Shown in pieces: positions 11,857 through 20,000 of a stretch of 20,000 bases of DNA. How positions within the stretch are numbered: the stretch's first letter is position 1; each line of letters starts with the position of its first letter. Source of the DNA: Paraglomus brasilianum (lineage: Eukaryota); the NCBI GenBank assembly GCA_910592345.1, contig CAJVPI010000033.1, positions 54,712 through 74,711 on the forward strand, given 5' to 3'. Below the pieces are notes generated by a model. That model saw nothing but the letters and a program-made list of their open reading frames with translations. It did no database searches and was not told where the DNA came from. The translations under genes were made by a program, and so were the position numbers.

Positions 11857-12074
11857 CATTTCAGTTATTATGATTCATGTAAATTCCGAGTTGTTCAATC
11901 GCTGACTGTATATTCAATCTTCATTATTCATTATTAGTATTGAAACGAAGTTTCTCATTCTCATTTAATTTATGTGATAAACTCGATCATTTGTATTTAA
12001 ATTTGCAATAAACAAACGTTGACTTGTAAAGATTAATATGTAATTTGTTCTGCGGATGGATTATATTTCCTGCA

Positions 12075-13165
12075 AGCAATGCCCATTTTCAACTCGATCC
12101 AAACAGTCCCACAATTCCGGCACTTCCCTCCTATTTTTTGAATGCTCCCACACCAGCTGCGAGTATAGGCCTCGTTTGGATAATAACATGGACCCCTAAT
12201 TCTTCTGCTTTAGCCACCAGGCGTTGGCAAAACTGATAGTGGCCCCAGCAGAGCATTTTCGTGTTCGACACCTCAAAAGGAGAGATGATAATGGCATCGA
12301 ATTCGCGAGTGAAAAATGCGACACTCTTGAAGTTCGCTTGCAGGTGTTTGATTTTTCGTCGCATCCGAAAGATTGCCTTATCAAGTCGCAAGGCCTGTTT
12401 CTTCTTACATTTCGAACTAGAGGCAGCGAGCTTGTTCTTTATAGAAAGGAGATTGTCAATATGCTTGCATAGGCGAATAATTCGCCCAATGTCGTACTGG
12501 CCAATTTTACCTACGCCTTTAGTGGGAGAGTACCATGTGAAGGGTGTACGAACGCCAGGGTCGATGGAATAGAACCATCCGCTTGGGTTTCGCGGAGTTG
12601 TTTTTGCGTCTCGTAAACCCATGAAAATTTCCATTCATTAGTTTTGCGAATATATGTACGCTTGCAATCGGACGTTATTCTGTGAGGAACAGGCCACTTA
12701 TTATTACGCCCACAAATCGCGGGGGTCGGAAAGCATTGACGGATTACGAGATGCACATGAATTATTATTGTCGTAAATCTTTTCGGGATCGAAATGACAA
12801 AAACAAACTTCTTTGCTGATTCGTATATTTTGATTGGGGTCCGTATTATTTCATCGACAATCATTTCACCGACAGTACAATTAACTACCAAAAAAGGATA
12901 ACTTCGAAATAACGTTGGCGAATATTTGCCTCCCTTTTGATTGATATCTTGTCCCTAGCAGTTAATGCTTCATCGATAATGTTTGCAGGCGCTTTGCCAT
13001 GTGTACAGTACCTTGAAGGAGCATTCCAATACGCGTGACAGTTTGCACGAATTTGCATTCACCCCATATGCATTATCCTTTGGAGTCTCTTGTCCTGAGG
13101 ACCTCTTTTTGTTTGAACCCCTTTTTTGATGGTGGCTTTGGCGGTGGTGGTGGTGGTGTTAGCAT
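12075..13165 (-). pseudogene. Fanzor2 / IS607-type TnpB-like RNA-guided endonuclease remnant (multiple frameshifts and short deletions)
   Basis: Collinear motifs across frames: MLTPPPPPPKPPSKKGFKQKEVLRTR (ATG 13165), APANIIDEAL, LSFRSRKDLRQ (12800), SDCKRTYIRKTNEWKFSWVYE, SIDPGVRTPFTWYSP (RuvC-I D at 12562-12560), IIISPFEVS, MLCWGHYQFCQRL..KAEELG, EAYT.RSWCG (E at 12173), KCRNCG (12122) and DRVENG (12099). Confidence 0.88.
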
Positions 13166-13663
13166 TGAGGGGAGAGATTATGTGTTTACGATTTTCAAAT
13201 GAGCAATATTGCAATGGTTAAAGAGTTTGGGGATAATGTCTTTAAATATGTTTATGGTTGTCGATATTTGAATGCATGCAATTCGAATTTTTTTGATACG
13301 TTCCGTTATATATTAGAGGGTTAAACAAAATTCTATTATTTTACATTAATTCCGATTACAACATCGCAAAATCCATCCTAATTTTCTATTAATTAAAATT
13401 ATTACAGCCATCCCCACAGAAATCAAACGAACATGATTTTTAAATCCGTATTGTCGTACTTATAAATTATCAGTCAAGTATACACGTAGAACAAGATTAT
13501 TGTAGACATAAAGAGGTTCAAACAACTGCAAAGACTGTTTATTTAAGAGTTACACGCAAGGAAGAGAATTTGTAAAGAAAGTACAAAGATACATAATTAT
13601 TGAATCACTTTTTTTTGGGAAAGATATTGCAACGACCGCGAATTTCCGTCATGGTGGCACACT

Positions 13664-14641
13664 TCAAACGAAACAAGCATCTCGTATGGGCAGATTTCCT
13701 CCATGGCCTGGCATTTGCAAAAGCGTAGGAACGGCATCTATAGGTCTCACAGGTACGTAATCATCCTCATTGAAGCTATAGAACGTGTTGAACAAATGTC
13801 CTTTGCCGTTGTTTAAGGTTCGGTTGACAAAAATGTCACCATGAAAATCCACGTTTCCAATGTTGTTAAGCACACCGAACATTGGAATTGGATCTTTTTC
13901 GTTTGCATAGTGCTCAATGCGACGAACAAGCCTACCAGGATTGACGAATTCTCTAGCTGCATTGGCAAATGTGTACACTTCAAGTTTCTTGAGACGGTCT
14001 TGCTTACCCGAACGGCTTAATTCAATGTATAGATTCGTCAGAACCAAACCGGCTATTACACCGCCCTGTGAATGTGCAACCATACGGACGGTCTTGACCT
14101 TTTCGTCTTTGAGTGCTGGAATTATTCTGCTCACGGCCCAGCGTACTGATACTGTTTCGATATTAAAGCTTCTCTGGAGGAAAGTTTCAATGACATCCCA
14201 GAAAGGGCCATAACTTTTGTTATGAATGCCGGTGACACCCCTACCAAAACGCTTCTCCAAATATTTGCAGTTTTGTTCCAACAATTGTTTATCTATGAGC
14301 ACACCATTAATGAAAAACCATTTTTCGTCCGGGTGTGCATTTTCTAGCGTGCCAGAAGGGTCGCGAATGGATTCTCTGTCCAAAGCTTTCAACATCATGA
14401 GAGGATAAAATACAAAAATAGGGAGTGTGAGGATGGTTGCCACAGTCAGAAATATTATACTACACCAGTTTGGAAGGTATTTAAGATTAAGTTCGCTCGT
14501 CGGTTCATTCGGATTTGCCACGGGGTCAAAGCGTATGGCAAAGATGCTGTTGCGAAGGAGGAACTCGACTACAAAGTCACGCAAATGGTCAACAAAGATC
14601 CATTTCAAATCCCTGCTGAGAAGTACCCAAGGGTTTGCCAT
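13664..14641 (-). CDS. Intronless alpha/beta-hydrolase-fold protein (putative lipase/esterase), paralog A, 325 aa
   Basis: Single ORF. Motifs are WFFINGV (oxyanion-region-like), nucleophile elbow VAHSQGG, LEVYTFANAA, HYANEKDP (Asp) and KGHLF (His). One hydrophobic segment at about aa 60-84. TATA-like TATATAAG lies about 65 bp upstream. Confidence 0.85.
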   Translation of the reverse strand: MANPWVLLSRDLKWIFVDHLRDFVVEFLLRNSIFAIRFDPVANPNEPTSELNLKYLPNWCSIIFLTVATILTLPIFVFYPLMMLKALDRESIRDPSGTLENAHPDEKWFFINGVLIDKQLLEQNCKYLEKRFGRGVTGIHNKSYGPFWDVIETFLQRSFNIETVSVRWAVSRIIPALKDEKVKTVRMVAHSQGGVIAGLVLTNLYIELSRSGKQDRLKKLEVYTFANAAREFVNPGRLVRRIEHYANEKDPIPMFGVLNNIGNVDFHGDIFVNRTLNNGKGHLFNTFYSFNEDDYVPVRPIDAVPTLLQMPGHGGNLPIRDACFV

Positions 14642-16122
14642 ATATGATTGGTAGTGGATGAATTCAGGAAGCGTATATACTAAAGGTTATGTTTAGCGTT
14701 CCTTATATACAGACAAATAAACTGTGCTTCTGAGATCGAATCTGGAAACGAATAATGGATAAATAAACATATCGTCTGTTTGTCAAATATAGGAGCAAAT
14801 AGCTAAAAATGAATATCTCTATTACTATTAATATTCAGCGTGGTTTGCTTTGCCACCCGAATATCCCACGTTTTGTGAAATAGCACGTGTCGCTCTCATC
14901 TTTTGGTAAAGAGCTGTCGGAGATAAGACAGTAACATTGGGGATAGAAAAATTGGGGTTGCTGTCTGCAACAAATGTGGCGATTTGTTTATTGACATCAG
15001 AACAATGAATACATTGAATAGAATTCACACAGCAGACCGCAGCGACTGCGATACTATATAACAATCTGATACATATAAGCGACAGTACGTACGTACGTAT
15101 GTAGAACGTTTAATGATTACCACTCCTAATCAACGGAGCAAACTTGCATCTTTTAACAATTGGTCGACTATTATTAGTAATGTCACGTACGTTTGTTACG
15201 CTGCACTACGTAATTAGTAGAAAGACTAGATATCACACCTAATCCGAAGATTAAAATCTCATCAATCTCATCAGTTGATAATGAACCAACAAAAGCGAAA
15301 AACTCCGCGTACAGAGAATCGCAATAAAATGAAAAAGACAGAAGCATCGCTGAGAAGATTGAACAGTGTGTAATAATTTTTTTTCTATATAGCAGATTCG
15401 GATTATGAAGAAAACTCGTTAATAAAAACGTGTATTCTGGGCACAGTATTATAGTATACGTAATTACAGTAACTTTTTGAATTAATTCTTCGTGTCCATT
15501 GATTTTGATTATCGGATTATTTGTCACTGTTCTCATTATCCATCATTAATCATGCGAACTCTGCTTTTGTATCAGCAAAACTTGTCGTAGTGAGTGACTA
15601 TTGCTTTTTATTAGTTGCACAATAAAATAGCTATTTGTTGCAAACAACTACCAATTTTAGTGATTTGATTGTTGAGGCTTAACTAGGTCGACAGTGGAAT
15701 TAACATGCCCTACGAATACAGAGATGCACAGAATGTTCTTCATAGAAGAAGATATGAATGTATACCCGTAGATGATTACATCGAATTTCCAAATTTGGGA
15801 ACCCTTTTTCTAACGCATACGTACGTATTAGAAACAATCGACTAAAAATCAATCCATTAAGCATTATAATTACCGATTGTCGCCAAGATTATGTCGCGAG
15901 CACAAACTTCCGTTATCTCCAATATTATTTATTCACCCCAACGTTTAAAATTCAAACAGACTTTTAGTCCAAAAAAGTTATGATGTCCGTTGTCTAACGT
16001 TTATCATACTGTCTCGTTCAGGGAAGATAAAAATAGCCCGTCTTACCAGAATCTTATAATAGTTACCGCTTTGGGAATGCAATTGTAGCATTATTTTTAG
16101 CGCCGCTCAACAGTGGATTCCG

Positions 16123-16158
16123 TAGGGGAAAAAAGTTTATAACCCGATTTTTCCCCTA
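16123..16158. repeat. Perfect 11-bp inverted repeat (TAGGGGAAAAA ... TTTTTCCCCTA) with 14-nt loop
   Basis: Arms at 16123-16133 and 16148-16158. The loop AGTTTATAACCCGA contains a TATA-like TTTATAA. It ends 55 bp upstream of the ATG at 16214. Confidence 0.8.
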
Positions 16159-16213
16159 AATATGAATTTCAATATTGCGCCATCTCTGTTTACTACTGTC
16201 ATTCTTTATATTG

Positions 16214-17179
16214 ATGGAAAACCCTTGGATTCTTTTCAACAAAGACCTCTATTGGGTCTTATGGTCTAATTTGCATGACGTAATTTTTGAGTTTGTAATC
16301 CGTAACAGCATTCTGGCAATAAGATTCGACCCCGTTACCGACCCCGGTGCACCAACCAGCGAAATTAACCTTTCGTATAGCAAAAACCGCCTTAGTGTAT
16401 TGCGCCAGCTTCTGGTAACCTTACTCACGCTGCCGATTTTTATAGCATATCCTCTTGTAAGGTTTAAGGCTTTGGAAAAGGAAATAATTCGCAAGCCCTC
16501 ACCAGGCTTAACGGCCTACCCGGACGAACGCTGGTTTTACATCAATGGTGTGATCACTGATGTCGGATGGCTGGACCAAAATTGTAAATATTTGGAAAAA
16601 CGGTTTGGTAGAGGAGTTGTAGGAATTCTTAACAGATCGTACGGTGCTTTCTGGGATTTGGTGGAATCCGTCCTCCAGCGAAGCTTTGATATCGAAACCA
16701 TCTCGGTGCGCTGGGCTGCGTGGAATATTCTCCCATCACTTAGAGATGATAATATAAAGACTGTCAGATTGATTGCTCATTCGCAGGGTGCTATCATAGC
16801 ACATTTGGCCATAAAAAAGTTATACACCGAACTAAGTTGCACGGGGGAACAGGATTATCTCAAGAAACTTGAAGTATACACATTTGCAAATGCAGCGAGA
16901 GACTTTCTAAATCCTGGAAACCTTATTCGTCGTATTGAACATTATGCAAACAGCCAGGATCCAGTTTGCAAAATCGGTGTTCTCGCCCGACTCGACAGTG
17001 ATCGGTTCCAGGGTAAAGTTTTTATCAACGAAAAGAGAAACAAAGGCAAGGGACATTTTTTCAACTCATTTTATAGTCTTGTCGAAAGTGACTACATACC
17101 TGCGAGATCTAGCAGTGACATTCCTACGTTATTGCAAATGCCCGGACACGTGAGCAATTTACCCATACAAATTGACTAA
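16214..17179 (+). CDS. Intronless alpha/beta-hydrolase-fold protein (putative lipase/esterase), paralog B, 321 aa
   Basis: The ATG at 16214 (MENPWIL) aligns with MANPWVL of paralog A, so the track's TTG start at 16175 is not needed. Same motifs: WFYINGV, IAHSQGA, LEVYTFANAA, HYANSQDP, KGHFF and PTLLQMPGH. Confidence 0.85.
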   Translation: MENPWILFNKDLYWVLWSNLHDVIFEFVIRNSILAIRFDPVTDPGAPTSEINLSYSKNRLSVLRQLLVTLLTLPIFIAYPLVRFKALEKEIIRKPSPGLTAYPDERWFYINGVITDVGWLDQNCKYLEKRFGRGVVGILNRSYGAFWDLVESVLQRSFDIETISVRWAAWNILPSLRDDNIKTVRLIAHSQGAIIAHLAIKKLYTELSCTGEQDYLKKLEVYTFANAARDFLNPGNLIRRIEHYANSQDPVCKIGVLARLDSDRFQGKVFINEKRNKGKGHFFNSFYSLVESDYIPARSSSDIPTLLQMPGHVSNLPIQID

Positions 17180-18345
17180 TATGCATATTAAACAATATTA
17201 AAAATATCTCTTCGTAGGAGGTTTATATGTTAAGTGTTAATGGGTATCCGTTTGACGATTGTATTAAATTCAGTACAGCTATTAAAATATCTTTCACTAT
17301 CACGCATTCAAGACTAGTTTGCACACAATTGTTATTGGCAAATCAATTTTTGCACAAGAAACCAGTGTACATTCTAACATAAGTTGAATAGAATCAGTAT
17401 GTTCTTTTGCAAAATCCAAACTTACTACAATGGATTTACGAGAATATTTCGACGGTGACATATGCCAAATTTCGTGGAATCTGTTTTTTATCAAAAAGAA
17501 TAGCTGCTAAAGCACTTTTACATATGCGTTGCATATACATTAGTATTTTTTCTTTTCTTGTACTACAATATCGCAACATGGCTTTACATCGGTTTTTTTC
17601 TTTCTTTTGGGATAGCCCATAATGAGATTCTTGCTACGATGGTCGATAAGGTCGTTGTTTGATTGGCGGATATTAATAGTGTGTATTACCACATTAGTTT
17701 TTTAAACAGCTTAAACTGGGCTTTTAGCGAGCGCCTCGTTCTGAATAAAAGTTTCTCGCGATATACCACATTAGTTTGCCAATATTATTAGCGAGAATAT
17801 GCAAATAGCAATGAATTGACAACGATAAATGTTTCATAAAAACTTTACAAAAAAAGATTTCTTTCAAGCAAGAAATATAAATAAGCACATAGGCTCGTAA
17901 CGATTTAAAAATAATCATAACAATCGCAGCGATTCATATGGTTAACAGTATACGACATACTATATATAGTGTGTTTCTCACTGACATGGCTAGAATGTAA
18001 ATTTCAGAATCTATATTGACACAGAATGCACAAAGCTTTTTATTGGCGCAGGTCATAAAAACTTGCATTTTACAATATCACTTGTATGTGTGAATAAGTT
18101 TAAGATGTTTTTTTAATGAAAACACTCAACATTACAATTACATTCTAGGACTGGCATCGCAGTATCAAATATTTAAAAACTGTAAGGATAACAGATTATT
18201 TGATGTGATTAAGCTGTTTGCGCCAACAATCATATATTCTAGGTTCATGTGATGTCTATTACTCGTGGTACAGATGGCTGGTCACTGTGGCGTAGTAATA
18301 ATCAATTAAACTTATTATTATCCCCCTCCCCAAAATCCCTTGATT

Positions 18346-19938
18346 ATGTCTTCTTCCATTGATCCTTCGCAGGCTAGCGCCAAACCAGGCGCTGCACCAG
18401 CCGCTGCTACAGAGGCTGTGCTTGTCCGCTCTGTTTCTATGCCAGATACGGCGGTGACAGTGGAGGGTCCGGATTTTAACAAAGACTTATCGTTACATGA
18501 GTTGCTGGAAAAATACACGAGAGTGGGTTTCCAGGCTACAAGCATCGGAAGGGCTATAAAAGTTATTAATGACATGGTTAGTTTTCGATGATGGACAACG
18601 CGCAGAGGATTGAATACTAGTGTTCCGAGAGTCTAGTCTTACATTAATTCCTCTGTTAACAGTACGTCTCTATCCTTTGCTCTTTACAATTATCAATGTG
18701 TTACTATCCTTCAAACGATCCTTTTATCTTTCTAATGGAAGATAACCTGGCGTCTTGTCGATGATCCAATCCTACCAGACGAGTCACCTGAATATACTGA
18801 CCCAGTCACTCGCGCAAACACAAAGTGCAAGATTTTCTTTGGTTACACGTCGAATCTCGTATCCTCTGGCCTACGAGAGGTCATACGATTTCTGGTACAA
18901 CACTCCATGGTTGATGTGCTGGTAGCCACGGCGGGCGGAGTCGAAGAGGATTTTATCAAGTGTCTGGGAAAGACGTATTTGAGTTCGTTTGAAGAAAAAG
19001 GAAGCGACTTGAGGAAGAAAGGCTTGAATAGAATTGGGAATTTAGTGGTGCCAAACGACAACTATTGCGTGTTTGAGGATTGGATGATGCCTATTTTGGA
19101 TAAGATGCTGAAAGAACAGAAGGAGCAGGTGTGTGGAGAGAGTGGGAGAAGGAATAGTAGGATGGTTTTTGATTTGAGCTGCGGTCAATCTTGATTAATT
19201 TGGTGTTACAGGGAATAGTATGGTCTCCTTCAAAAATCATTCACCGTCTGGGAAAAGAGATTGACAATCCAGATTCAATATATTATTGGGCATATAAGGT
19301 ATGGATTAACGATTAGCTAGCAACTTTGAGCATTCCCTATCGCTTTCTGTTTATTTATTTGGGCATGTTTTTCAGAATAATATACCCGTCTATTGCCCAG
19401 CCCTAACAGATGGCTCGTTAGGTGACATGATATACTTCCATACATACAAAAATCCGGGTCTAGTCGTTGATATTGTTGCGGATATAAGATCGCTGAATGA
19501 CCATGCATTCACTGCGAAAAAGTCTGGGATGATTATTCTAGGGGGTGGAGTGATTAAACATCAGATTTGTAACGCAAACTTGATGGTGTGTTTTACAGCT
19601 CAAGCAAACTCTGTTACTGATTTTATCAAAGCTAACGGCTAAGCATTTGGTCATTCTCTTAGAGAAATGGGGCTGATTACGCAGTATATATCAACACTGG
19701 CCAAGAGTTTGACGGAAGCGATGCCGGCGCACGACCTGACGAAGCCATCAGTTGGGGGAAAATCAAAATGACTGCTGAACCAGTAAAGGTTAGACTGGAG
19801 TGTGAATGTAAATGTTATGTGGGATTTTGTAGTTTCTGACTCTTTTTTCTTCAGGTGTACGCGGATGCTACTATAGTGTTTCCGTTGATCGTTGCAGAGA
19901 CATTTGCTAAGCACTTCCATGAGAAAAAGAAGGTCTAA
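18346..19938 (+). CDS. DYS1: Deoxyhypusine synthase; exons 18346-18576, 18742-19128, 19212-19298, 19376-19585, 19663-19788, 19855-19938 (374 aa)
   Basis: Motifs [70 protein letters not shown] and [19 protein letters not shown] (catalytic Lys). Five GT-AG introns give a joined frame of 1125 nt. Confidence 0.97.
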
Positions 19939-20000
19939 TGAGGAAGATGATTAGAAATTTGAATGTGTTATGCATACCTTTAAGTATGCATAGGCACTGC

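Noticed and set aside
12131..12634. 167-aa ORF as an intact mini-nuclease
   Set aside because: It lacks the N-terminal region, and the catalytic Glu, zinc finger and RuvC-III are out of frame or mutated. It is a pseudogene segment.
13664..13681. C-terminal ACFV of hydrolase A as a CaaX prenylation signal
   Set aside because: The Cys is third from the end, not fourth, and paralog B lacks it.
12075..17179. Functional link (cargo or operon) between the Fanzor and the hydrolase pair
   Set aside because: Only adjacency supports it. No shared element boundaries are visible, and the Fanzor is decayed while the hydrolases are intact.

Overview
Eukaryotic, intron-rich, AT-rich DNA. It is most likely from an early-diverging fungus (Mucoromycota/Glomeromycotina-like), inferred from the gene families and the short GT-AG introns. 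Six intact-looking genes were reconstructed by hand: a 5-exon Zn(II)2Cys6 transcription factor (-), a 3-exon CWC21/SRRM2-type splicing factor with a long RD-dipeptide tail (-), a 3-exon 7-TM GPCR-like membrane protein (+), two intronless head-to-head paralogous alpha/beta-hydrolases (-/+) and a 6-exon deoxyhypusine synthase (+). Between them lie decayed mobile elements: a Tc1/mariner fragment at the left edge, a TIR-bounded Tc1/mariner fossil (6856-7949) and a frameshifted Fanzor2/TnpB-like (IS607-type) RNA-guided nuclease remnant (~12075-13165, -). The Fanzor remnant is the most notable item. Its RuvC-I, displaced RuvC-II glutamate, zinc finger and RuvC-III motifs can be recovered across reading frames. 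No database searches were possible, so all family calls rest on motif recognition.
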